Shown here one piece after another: positions 1 through 10,849 of a DNA stretch of 64,000 nucleotides (position 1 is the stretch's first letter; each line of letters begins with the position of its first letter). The DNA is from Azolla caroliniana. Lineage: Eukaryota; Plantae; Polypodiophyta. Below the pieces are notes generated by a model that worked only from the letters and a program-made list of their open reading frames with translations, was not told the origin of the DNA and did no database searches. Location: assembly GCA_043228905.1 (NCBI GenBank), contig JBHGNT010000017.1:17732001-17796000 (forward strand), read 5' to 3'. Both the position numbers and the translations under genes were made by a program.

Positions 1-2061
1 AAACTAAAATATCATCCAAGAAAATAATGACAAATTTTCCAAGTTCTCGGAAAATGTCATTCATTTCTTGTTGAAATGTAACTATAGCATTGGTCAAACC
101 AAAAGGCATAACCAAAAACTCATAATGGCCATAGCGCGCACGAAATGCCATTTTAGGAACATTGTCCTCACTTATATGAATTTGATGGTAGCCAGTACGG
201 AGATCAAGTTTCGTAAAATACCAAGCTCCTTGGAGACGGTCAATTAGATCGTCAACCCGGGGCAATGGATACGAATTCTTGATCGTCACTTTATTCAAGC
301 GTCGGTAATTAATATACATACGCCATGTGCCCTCTTTCTTTTTAACCAAGAGAACTGGTGCATCCCATGGATATTTACTATAACGTATATAACCCATTCG
401 TAAATAGTCCTTGAGTTGCTTTGATACCTCATCCTCTTCGGATCGACTTAAGCGATAAGGAGGTATATTTATTGGTGCAACACCAGGTACAATATCTATA
501 CGATGGTCTATATTACGTTTAGGAGGTAACCCATCCGGTAGTTCACTTGGAAAAACATCACGAAAATCATTTAAGATTTCATCAAGTTGTTGTTGTTCAA
601 AATATGTTAATTGAACCGAGACATTATCGATATTGTAAACGTGAATGTCTGTATCAAGTACACAATAAAATAGAGTAGAACAAGACAACTTGGATATTGA
701 TGGACACGAGGAAACAATTGAGAGGGATTGTTTTTTGACACATTGAATAAAATGAGTACAATCGTTCAGTACAAAGGAAATGGAATGATGAACCCAATCA
801 ATAAATAAAGAAGAGTTTTTATTATTAAACTAGGGATAACCCAGTATTACATCAGTGGTACAAAGATTCATTACATGGAAGTCTACTTCCTCTATATAAG
901 TATCAATAGAAATTCCTAATGAATGAATCGCTCCGTTGATGTATTGTACTCTTCCATCAGCCAAGTGCACCGTATAGGTGTGATCACTTACGTTGGGTTG
1001 GATTCCCCATATCTGAACCAAACGATCATTCACAAAGTTGTGTGAGCTTCCCGAATAAAATAAAAATTGTACGGGAGATCCATTGATATACCCGTTTGCA
1101 CGTAGTAAATCATTGGGACCCAATACATAGTGAGGGAAAGAACATTGACAATTACTTAAATGATGTGTATAGACCTGAAGGACATTAGGAATTTGACCTT
1201 TATGGTCTGCAGCTTTAGCTTTGTTGTCGTGCTCTTTCCGTTGGAGCTTTCGACATTGTTCTTTTGTATGACCCTTCTTTTTCCAGAATACGCAAAAAGG
1301 ATGTTGTCGCTTAAAATCGTGATCCATGAATTCGTTGGGTGTCTTACGTTTCCCAGCGAATTGTGGTCGCTTAGTCCCGGGCGCTTCGTTGGGTTTATTG
1401 TGGTCCTTCTTCGAAGTGCGTTGATAGCGAAGAACTATTTCAACGGCCTCTTCGAAGGATTTTGGATCCTTATCGTGCACTATCCAATGATAGTCCGAAT
1501 TGGCGATGCCATTGACAAAACAAGCTATTAACCAATTGTCCCCTTCTAGACCCGATTTTTGGATTTGGGTTCTAGCATGGTGAACATAGTCTTCTAGCGA
1601 GGAAAACTTTCTACTAGAGAGGTTCATTAAAGCTTGTGCTGCCTCGGTTCGAGAGGGAGGTTGTGGAAATTGGCCCTTGAAAACTGTGACAAAATCTGTC
1701 TAGGTATCGGGCAATTTCCCCAAAGTACGGAGCCCACGCCGCCAGGCGGCGGCCTTACCCCCTAGTTCTCGGCTGACATATGCAATCTTCGTACTATCTG
1801 GCGTGGGATAGAGCTCAAAATGAGACTCCCATCGGCCCAACCACATGCAAATTGCTTCTTCGGTTCTTTCCTTTTTTTCTCCCGTAAATGGCTTAACGAC
1901 AAACGATGGTTCACCTTGTCACTCATCAAGTCCATTAGCCTCACGTTGAAACTAATGACACGTGCCTCGAGAGCACTTTGAGATTGCCGAAGTTCGGTCA
2001 TCTTTTGAGCAGTGAAACTAAGGTATTGGGTTATTTGCGAAAAATACATCTCAATAGACAT
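1..2061 (-). pseudogene. gag-protease-RT pseudogene of the gypsy element
   Basis: ORF 830-1627 has CVFWKKKGHTKEQC (broken CCHC) and FLFYSGSSHNF (catalytic D replaced by Y). Stops and frameshifts flank it. Confidence 0.85.
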
Positions 2062-3643
2062 TTGCGAAATAGGATAAGGTCAGACAAATAGTCATAACAT
2101 CATGTCGTGATGTAAACCTATCATGGGCAAACATTAATCGATATCATGATCTCACGTCAATACCCCTCTAGACGTATGAGATGAGGTTCAATATCAGGTT
2201 ACTATGGTAACACAAAGGTGTTTTAAAAACCATGGGGGTGACAAATAAATGTCTTTCCCTGATCTCTATATCGAGTTTTTCGTGGCGGCTCCCCGAGGCT
2301 CAACCATGTATGTTAGCGTCATGAATAGTTTATACACGAAAAAAATGTTAACAATAAACAATGTTTCGGTGCCCACATATGTGGTTTCAGCTCTTTAAGT
2401 CCTATTACGAGGACTCGAAAGTGCACTTAGAACTTTAGTCTAAACATGTGTTATAGTCATAAGTATCAACGATGTTGTATGGTCTTGGTTATATTTGAAC
2501 TCGAGACCTCGAGAACAAAAGCATTAAACACTTGAACCAACCAAGTAGGTTGCTCTTCTTGAATGTTTAATGTTTCATGCGTATAAGAGATATGCAAGGC
2601 ATGTGCCCATAGACGTTTCTTTAAAAGCAACATATATGTCAAGAGTCCTTATTTCGCCCTCATTTACTATAACTCTGTTGGTACGTTACCTAACCTCAAG
2701 TCTCGTAATTACGATGGCATACGCCAAAGTGCAACCTAATGGTCATGCCAAATGAGCCCTCTTTTCGTAGTAGGCCCATGTGGCCCATCACATGGTCACG
2801 TCATTCGAATGCCTCTCGTAAGAATGATCTCATGGTGGCATCGTATCCATGTAATCAGGGAAGGATGTTGGATACGTGTGTCATAGGAGCGACCTCACAT
2901 GAAGTGGGTCAAGCCTTATGTACTAAACATAATTATGGCTATTGGCGTTTCTTTACGTAACGGAATATCGAAGTCACCAACGGGGATTTCAACAATAAAA
3001 AATTGTTGAAAAAAGGGATGGTGACAACGCTATTCTCACAAAAATGTGAGGACGGCCACCAAGATCCTTTCCCCGAAAAGGAAAACATTCGATTTAAAAT
3101 CACGTAATAACTTATATACACATATGTATACTATCACATATATACGATCAACTACGTATACACGTGACCAAATATGCCTATATTAAACAAATCATTATAT
3201 TTAATAGCCAAAAATGACGTAATCGAGATACGTAATCAAGGCATATACCTCTATGCACACGAGACATCCAAAAATAAGGGTTAATCGTAATACTCAATTG
3301 AGGTATTGACCTCTTACGCATACGAGACCAAACACATATCATTTACAACAAATCGAGGTATTGACCTCATACGCAAACGTAACATATGTTTGTGAACGTA
3401 TTGACCTCATACACATATGTAAACATTTTATACAACCAATGAATTACCACTACAACATCATTGAATTAATGAAAAAATCCTACATATTAACCATACACAT
3501 GATTAGATGGGAGAAGAAAAAATAGACAAAAAAAACAAGAAATATTGCCGATGTTCTTTTGTTGATCGTTGTCTGGATCAAGGCCAACCGCACATCGATC
3601 GATCACCATCAATCAACAAAACAAAAGAAACATTAGCAAATTA

Positions 3644-3655
3644 GCTCTAATACCA
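3644..3655 (-). promoter_or_regulatory. Primer-binding site (tRNA-iMet type)
   Basis: gctctaatacca reads TGGTATTAGAGC on the minus strand, 2 nt from the LTR end; the canonical site is TGGTATCAGAGC. Confidence 0.85.
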
Positions 3656-3657
3656 AC

Positions 3658-3891
3658 TGTTAGAGACATAGTTTAATGTAAGCATTAGATAAGGATAGAA
3701 AAAATAGATAAATAGATAGAAAGGAGAGAGAGAAAAAAGGGTTTCGATCCACCCGACCACCCCCGAGCGAAGGGATCGAGACAGACTCGAGCCTCAATCG
3801 GCGTCGCATACCACCATCGTAGCGTCGAGTCGTACCTGGTGCTAGCGCGCTCGATACAAGAGTTAACCCACCAGAAGACAGAGTCTCCACG
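3658..3891 (-). repeat. Truncated 5' LTR of the gypsy element
   Basis: Begins TGTT next to the PBS and is cut at 3891/3892, where the segmental duplication starts. Confidence 0.7.
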
Positions 3892-3900
3892 TAATTCACT

Positions 3901-3978
3901 AGATGCCACTATGGAATGTAGGGGTTGAACCCATGACCACCTCGTTTCCATTGGGCAACCTTACCAACTAAGCTACAT
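3901..3978 (-). other. tRNA-derived SINE-like head (second copy at about 18568-18645)
   Basis: The minus strand reads TAGCTTAGTTGG (A box) then GGTCATGGGTTCAACCC (B box) with tRNA-like spacing; stems are degenerate. Confidence 0.55.
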
Positions 3979-4008
3979 AATTTAAAGGTTTCTACTCTAG
4001 ATGTCCCT

Positions 4009-4087
4009 TATATATATATATATATATATATATCCCTTATATATATATATATAAATAGAGAGAGAGAGAGAGGAAGAGAGAGAGAGA
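4009..4087. repeat. (TA)n(GA)n compound microsatellite
   Basis: Read directly; a longer paralogous tract is at 18676-18780. Confidence 0.9.
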
Positions 4088-6846
4088 AAAATCTATTAGA
4101 AATGTTAAAGGTCAACTTTGAATGTATAACAATTTTAATGGCATCTTTACCAAATTAAGCTCTTTTGAGGAGATTATCACCAAGCTATTTTCCTAGAAGT
4201 TGATAAAAAAGATCAAATTATGATTTACTGACGATAACGATGTAAACTCCACTCCCTCAAAGTTGATAAAGAAGATCTTATTTTGATTTAGTGAAGTTAA
4301 AGATTTTAACTTCACTACCTACAAGTTGATAAGAAATATCATATTTTAATTTAGTGAAGTTAATGATGTCAACTTAATGAATACAACTAAGAGCATACAT
4401 AATTCTAGTCATTGAACCTTTACATTAACAACTGAAAAAAAATCAAAGCCTTGGATGGCATAGCCCATCAAACTTTATGAACAAAGAAGATAATGTTGAT
4501 CACAAAAATATTTTAAAGATTGGTAATCAGTTGTGACCACAAACAATTTCCACATAAATAGTGCCTCTAAGTTTTAAACACATAAATGGCTGCATTATTT
4601 TCCCCTTTAAACGAATACTGACATTGAGAATAGTCAAGTTTCATGCTTTCTACATCCTGGTAAAGAAAAGTGATGTTGATTGCATAATCATTCATGTCAA
4701 TTTATCAAAGTGATGCTTTCTACATCGTGCAAATTATCAAAGCAGATGGTGATGGATACAAATTTTTTATAATCACTTTATTCAAAGGTCAATAACTAAC
4801 ACATGCTTGTTTTGTTCCCTCTTTTGTCATAACTAAAATAACTGTGACCGATACTTACCGAACATTTAATCTGACGAATGTGACCTATCCTTAAGTAATC
4901 CACAAGTTGTGTTGGGATCTCATCCTGTTCAAGCTTACTTAGTCAATATGGTGGAATTCTCATAGAAACAAAAACTAGTATAAAATCTATTTTATGGTCC
5001 ACATTGTGCATAGGTGGTAGTTCCTAAGGAAAAACATCGTTGAGATCGTTAATGTTTGAATCATGTACTCTTTGTTTATGAAATGCATTTCATTCACATT
5101 AACATTATAATGATAATATTGAAGCACAAGACTCATTAATAATTGAAAGAACATAAATATACTCATATGGAAGAGACGAGTGATTTTGAAGGATTTATTG
5201 TACATTGAATAAAATGTGTAACACTAAATAGTGTGAATGTGATCAGATGGTTAATCAAATTGATGCACGATTTTGTATTATAAACCAAGGATAAACCAAT
5301 CAACGGATCTTAGTTTCATCAAATTAAAGTTAAGCTTTTCTACATAGAAACCTATGCAAATAAGCAATTTCACTTATCTCATGATAGTTAAAATCATTGT
5401 TTTCTACACTAGAAGATAAGAGTGTGAGGTTAATCGAGAATGTAAAGAAGGGAGGATTACTTTTAATTTTAGGGATTGAGATGACCCTTTGAGGCCAAGT
5501 GTGAACTTCCTTGGGAGTTGTGAGTATAGTTACTATAAATATGAAGCTTAGATATCTGCATTTGACACATTATTTAACCACATCGATATTATGATATTAT
5601 GGTGATGATGAGATAATTGTGGCGAGTCCATGCCAATACTAGGTATGACTCGAATTCATAATGGTGGTATGGACGCCACTCAAGGCTCGGGGATCAACAC
5701 CCTTCTCTCTCTCTCTCTCTCATCTTGTCCATTTCCTTATTTCTTTGAAGTGTAACTACGAGTATGTGAGCATAAATGTTCAAATGTTTGTTGTATCTTT
5801 TTGTTTATGTGCATGCATGTGTTCAACTTTAAGTATTTACAAAGTCATTATAATGTGAAAATACTTTATTTGTATATAGGTATGAATGTGTAAGTTTAAG
5901 GGTTTTGAAGCACTATACATGTGTGCAAGTGTATATGTATTGTTTAGACATACGTGTGTATTTGTAAGTGTTTGTGTTTTTATCTCACGTGTGTGTTATG
6001 AATGTGTTTTAAGTGTATGGATAGGTTTAGTTTGGTGAGAAAAATGGATAGACTTCGAGATGGCTTCAAACATATATTTTAAACTTTTCTTGGAAGGGAA
6101 GGGTATTTTGGGGATTGTGAAATTTCCTTCCTTTTCCCCGTGGCACACAGTATAGGGAGTGAATGAATGTGAAACCTAGGCTTGAGGGACTAAGCCTACT
6201 TTCAGGGCTGAAATTGTGGCTTAGCACAACAAGAACTACTACATTATGGATTGTCATGCATTTTTCGTCCTCTATTCCTCTTCCCCTCTCATTCTCTTCT
6301 TCTCTGTTGCTTGTTCGAGTGCAACAAAGAGGCACTTGTCTTATGTTGGGAGGTTCTCGCAAGGAGGCGGGCGAGAGGAGGGATAACCTATTCCCCTTCT
6401 TTTCCCTCACGCAGGAATTTCCACAAAGGGGTCTTTGTGGAAAAATCCATGTGGCCTTTTATCCCATGGGTAAACATATATGCAATTAGTTGATTTGGTA
6501 AAGACTTTCAGGTAATTTGAATTACTCAAAGGTTTTTCACTCCCGTTTATTTTAATTAAACTACATTTCCACACTCTCGAGAAATTTTGTTCTTGTAGAG
6601 CACGAGCATTGGGTTTCTCGAAATTTGGTTTGTGGGGTCAACCCCCTTCATTCGTCATATTCTTTTCTTCATAACATTTTGTTCAAAATTACGATTTGTG
6701 ATTCCAATTTTTGCTCGATCCTTATATTTGCCACCTATTTGACCCTCAAACCAAGCAATCAATTAAACGGAGAGTGAAATCTCTCCTTTTCTAGGCCAAC
6801 ATAATAACCAAGAAGACGCAAGTAACTCTTTCTCTCTATACTGCCA

Positions 6847-6935
6847 GTGGCTTGGTGGTTTACACTATAGCATCAAAAAGTCATGAAATAGTCATAAAAT
6901 TGAGAGAACCCGAGTTTGATTCTCGCCACGGGCTA
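6847..6935 (+). other. tRNA/SINE-like A-box/B-box remnant upstream of the RLK start (paralog at about 23705-23820)
   Basis: TGGCTTGGTGG followed by GAGTTTGATTCTC. In copy B the A-box segment is tandemly duplicated (24 bp). Confidence 0.4.
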
Positions 6936-7936
6936 GGCCCCGTTGCATAGAGCAAAAATGTCAAACTCGCCATAAGCTATAGGCCCCGCAGGTCTCATAG
7001 AACAAAATTGGTCTTTGGTGGACATTAAAAGTCCATCCATCTAGATCTATAGATCTATCTGTGTACCTATGTAATCTATGTGTCTGTCTGGCTCTTGGGC
7101 ATTACAAAGAGTTAAACACCCAAAGCAAGACAAAAGATTTCACATCACATGTTCAAAACTACTTGATACTTGACCATTCAAAACTGAAGCAGTCTACTTG
7201 ACTAATGCATCATCTATATGTATTTATACCGAAAAGGACTGCAAAAATCACTGTCACTGTAGTAGATAGACACAACTGATCATGAGAGAAACATGCATGC
7301 ACACAGGAAATATATTAAGGATGGGAAGGAGAAGAAGAAGGAGAAGCAGAAGATTTCAGATTAGAGCATGGTTGGTTGAATTTTACCCGGTACCTCCACA
7401 TCTCCTCTGTTCTTTCTATTCCTCATTGTTTCATGCCCATTCCTGTGCACATTGTCCATGGATGAGGAAGAAACGATGTCGTGAAGATTCGTCACTACGC
7501 GCGGATCGTGAGGCGGAACCGCCGGGGTTCTGGACCGGAAGGATTCAAAGTCGGTACAAGCTTTGGCGTAAGCTTTAGCGAGAAAGTACTTAAGATAGAT
7601 TGGGAAAGAGAGAAGTTGAGATCACACGATTGAGAGAGATTGATTGAAGTTTTAACTTTAGATTTAAGAAACAAGTTACACGATCAATTTGATAACGAAT
7701 TTCTTCCTCTTAATTTTCATAAAAAAAACCGTGTTTTTTCTCCTCCCCCTTCCTTCTTTTATAGATGCTCTCATGCATATGATGCATGTGAGGGTACAAG
7801 ACATGCATAAATTGCATGTTTGCCATTTGGCGCTTATGTATTAGATGTGGTGCATGATAACCATGTCACTCATTTTAGCTCTGATGTATGAGAATTTACA
7901 TGTAAAAGTACAATGATAGAAATATAATTTTAACTA

Positions 7937-8005
7937 AATAGCATGGCTTAATGGTAGTCCAATAGACTCATAACTCGAAGGTGCAAGGTTCGAATCCTTA
8001 CTTCC
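7937..8005 (+). other. tRNA-Met(CAT)-like degenerate module inside the solo LTR
   Basis: A box TGGCTTAATGG 7944-7954, loop CTCATAA 7967-7973 and B box GGTTCGAATCC 7987-7997 at near-canonical spacing. Acceptor and anticodon stems pair poorly. Confidence 0.65.
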
Positions 8006-8055
8006 CTTCCTTGTATATGTATATTTGTATATATATTTATATATTTATTTATATA

Positions 8056-8240
8056 GTCGCCGGATGCCGTCACCGTATGCCATCGGTTACCGGTGCCTCG
8101 TCAATTACCGTCGCCGGATGTCGTCGGTTACCGGTGCCTCGTCGGATGCCATCGTCAGATGCCGGTTACCGTCGCCGGATGCCGTTGGTTGCCATCACCG
8201 GATGCCGGATGCCGTCAGTTACCGTCGCCATCGCCGGTCC
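8056..8240. repeat. GC-rich degenerate tandem repeat (GTCGCCGGATGCC / GGTTACCG units) within the LTR
   Basis: Read directly; it produces the spurious ORFs 7981-8478 and 8025-8276. Confidence 0.8.
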
Positions 8241-8965
8241 AGTTTTGGTTGGCCAAAACCCTTTACGAGTAGCTAGCCCACCTACACTCTTAGTTCAAGT
8301 TACCTTGAACTCTCTATGCTCCACACATAGACACAAAGATAATATCTTTTGCTCCACCTTATATATGATGAGAGCCGTATTTGTCGTGCCTATGTGGGAT
8401 ATCTCACAATTTTCTCTTTTCTTTTCACAAACTTTATACCCTCATATCTTGACATTTAGTTGTCCATTTCTCGTGTAATAAAGTGCATTCGAAACCTCCA
8501 TCATTTTGTACTTAGATATTAAAAATGTTATCTTCACAATTATTGTATTATGTGATTCATACTCGATTTCGTACGTTTTATGGGATTTTCACACTATTGC
8601 CGAAAATCTTCACGACAACGATAGACAAAGAAGCTCTACTGAGCTTCAAAGCTAGCATCAATGGTGACCCACTCCGTCTATTAAGCTCATGGAGCTCTTC
8701 ACCTCATTCCTTCCCTTGCAATAGCAGCTGGGCAGGTGTCACTTGCAACAATAATAACACGAATCACAATGGAACCAGTAGAGTGACCTCACTAGACCTC
8801 AGTCAAAGAAACCTTACAGGAACTATATCACCTTACCTCTCCAACCTCACCTTCCTAGCATACCTTAACCTCTCCATCAATGGCCTCATAGGGTCCATAC
8901 TTGAACAGTTCGGTCAATTGTCATCACTAACCCATCTAGATTTCGTTCTGAATTTGCTATATGGG

Positions 8966-9977
8966 AGTCCATACCTGGTTGTTGAGACTGGGAATAGGAT
9001 GCCCGAGAGGTATCAATTTGTGCTAGAATGGCTTCGATAATCTGGGAATCTAGTGGAGTGAAAAATCTGTGTTGTGTGCAAATGTGTTGGTCCCAAGATT
9101 ACCTGCTTTTGATTATCAAATGTTGGATCACCAGGACGAGGTACAAGATATGAACGTCGCGATAGTGCATCTGCTTTTCCTTGTTGTTTCCCCCGCCGAT
9201 ATGTGATTTTGAAGTCAAAATGCGTGAGGAATTGGGCCTACCGAGCTTGCCGTCGATTTACTACACGAGCGTTCTAGAAATAGGCAAGATTTTTATGATC
9301 ATTGAAGACGATGACCTTATGTGGAGAGCCCCCTAAGAAGTGCCCTCATTGCACAAATGAATCCACGATGGCTAATAACTCATTGTCATGTATCTCGTAG
9401 TTGATTTTTGTAGCATCAAATTTGCGCGAATGTAACTTTTCTTTATCTCCTTGTTGTGAAAGGATGCTACTTAGGGCGAAATCCGATACGTCGGCCTCCA
9501 TGATGAAGGGTTTGTTTGTATCCACATGAGCTAGAATAGGAGCTGATGTAAAGGCTTTCTTAGGATGCATAAAAGCCATGTCCGCTTCATTGGACCAAAG
9601 AAATGCATGTCCCTTCTTGGTAAACTGTGTGAGAGGCAAAATAATCTTCGAGTAATCTTGTATAAACTTGTAGTAGAAGTTAGCAAAGCCTAGGAAACAT
9701 TGTACATCTCGTAACACAGTTTTGACTTTAGTTGGATACATGGAGATGACGTAGCCTAGAAACTCCACTTGCTTGTAGTCAAAGCTACATTTTTCTAGTT
9801 TGACATAAAGACCATTCTCTCGGAGTCGTTTTAGTACTAATAGCACATGAGAATCATGCTCTTCCTAGGTCTTCGAATAAATCAATAGATCATCCAGATA
9901 GATGATCAAACAGATATCCAAGAGGTCTTTGAATATATCATTTGCCATGTCCTGAAAGACTGCGGGTGCTTTGGTGA
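8966..9977 (-). mobile_element. Internal RT/RNaseH fragment of a Tf/Tcn1-like gypsy
   Basis: ORF 9346-9846 ([30 protein letters not shown]). Colinear with 45757-46860 apart from small deletions. Confidence 0.9.
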
Positions 9978-10849
9978 AGACAATTATTTGATTGGTACAT
10001 TTAAAAATGAGGAGGAAGAGTCACAATTGTATATTAGCTACAATACTGATTCTCATGAAAGGAATGATGATAGTGATGCAAATAACTCCTAAATGTATTT
10101 TTTTGCGCAACAATATGTCAAAATTCTAAACATTTTATCGAATGAAATAAAAAAGTTTATTGTTTTGAAATCTTTCGCTTATTATTTCGTTAGGATCTAA
10201 AATACTACTTGTTGTAATTTCTCCTGAAAAATATACAAAGTTACTTTTCGAATTTGGCCAAAATTCGGCGTTTTTCAATTTCATCAAATGGTGAAAATTT
10301 TAGCTTTTTCATCAAGTTTTTGAGAACATGTGATACTGGTACATCAAGGTGTTTTGTGAAATGGCCAAAAAAAGCGCCAAAATCAGACGGAATATTCCTT
10401 ATCCTTCCGTTTGTGCACGATCCTTCCATTTGTGAACGCGAACGTACGAATTGGTTATATATCAAGTCATGTGTTGTTAGTGTGGTATTGGTTGGCATAA
10501 ACCTAACGAATGTTATCAATCAATTGACAAGTACCCATTTTTAGTCATGATCTCTTCGTGTTCAAGGCTAGTTGATAATATATCCTTTATTATTATGAAT
10601 ACCTATTGGATGTAGAAGACTTCTAGCTTTATATCACTCAACCTTATTCACCTAGCATTGCATAATTTTTGGACATTAGAATGAGTGTCCGACATATTCC
10701 AAGATGCCAAACTAAATGTTGTCTTCTCTCTCTCTCTCTCTTTTTTGTGAAAACACACAATTATATTAATAAATGTGTGTGAAAACCACTACTTACAATA
10801 CGTGTGACAATGGAGTATGGTCACACACTAACCACACTACACTACATGG

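Larger units (their letters stand above)
1..3891 (-). mobile_element. Degenerate Ty3/gypsy LTR retrotransposon (5' part; runs off the left edge of the window)
   Basis: Minus-strand RT motifs ([29 protein letters not shown]) at 1-200. Gag knuckle remnant and aspartic protease in ORF 830-1627. Long leader, tRNA-Met PBS and LTR end at 3644-3660. Confidence 0.9.
7477..8617 (-). mobile_element. Solo-LTR-like insertion, 1141 bp
   Basis: TGTCGTGAAGATT...AATCTTCACGACA is a perfect 13-bp terminal inverted repeat with TG..CA ends. ACGA is duplicated at 7473-7476 and 8618-8621. The empty site is visible in the intact gene (about 24222-24236). Orientation is inferred from a minus-strand TATAAAAG near 7760. 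Confidence 0.85.
3892..8965 (+). repeat. Segmental duplication copy A (RLK upstream region plus 5' coding part)
   Basis: Colinear and highly similar to 18559-24560 from TAATTCACTAGATGCCACT onward. Lacks two ~1.1 kb blocks present in copy B and carries a 1141-bp insertion. Confidence 0.95.
7368..8965 (+). pseudogene. Truncated LRR-RLK pseudogene (signal peptide, LRRNT, about 3 LRRs)
   Basis: Paralog of 24123-24560. It starts ATG GTT GGT TGA (stop at codon 4), is interrupted by a solo LTR at 7477-8617 and is fused to a gypsy pol fragment at about 8966. Confidence 0.9.

Noticed and set aside
4987-6493. Short ORFs 'conserved' in two copies (also 20754-22303)
   Set aside because: The conservation reflects recent DNA duplication; there are no recognisable domains and the frames differ between copies.
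7937-8005. Functional tRNA-Met gene
   Set aside because: The boxes and anticodon loop are present but the acceptor, D and anticodon stems do not pair; kept only as a tRNA-like module.
8525-9040. 171-aa ORF containing LRRNT and LRRs as a functional small LRR protein
   Set aside because: It starts inside the solo LTR, lacks the signal peptide and ends in antisense gypsy sequence, so it is a chance chimera of the pseudogene.
9980-10545. Possible end of a hAT/DNA transposon (acidic tail, sub-terminal repeats)
   Set aside because: No paired TIR, TSD or transposase motif could be fixed from the sequence.
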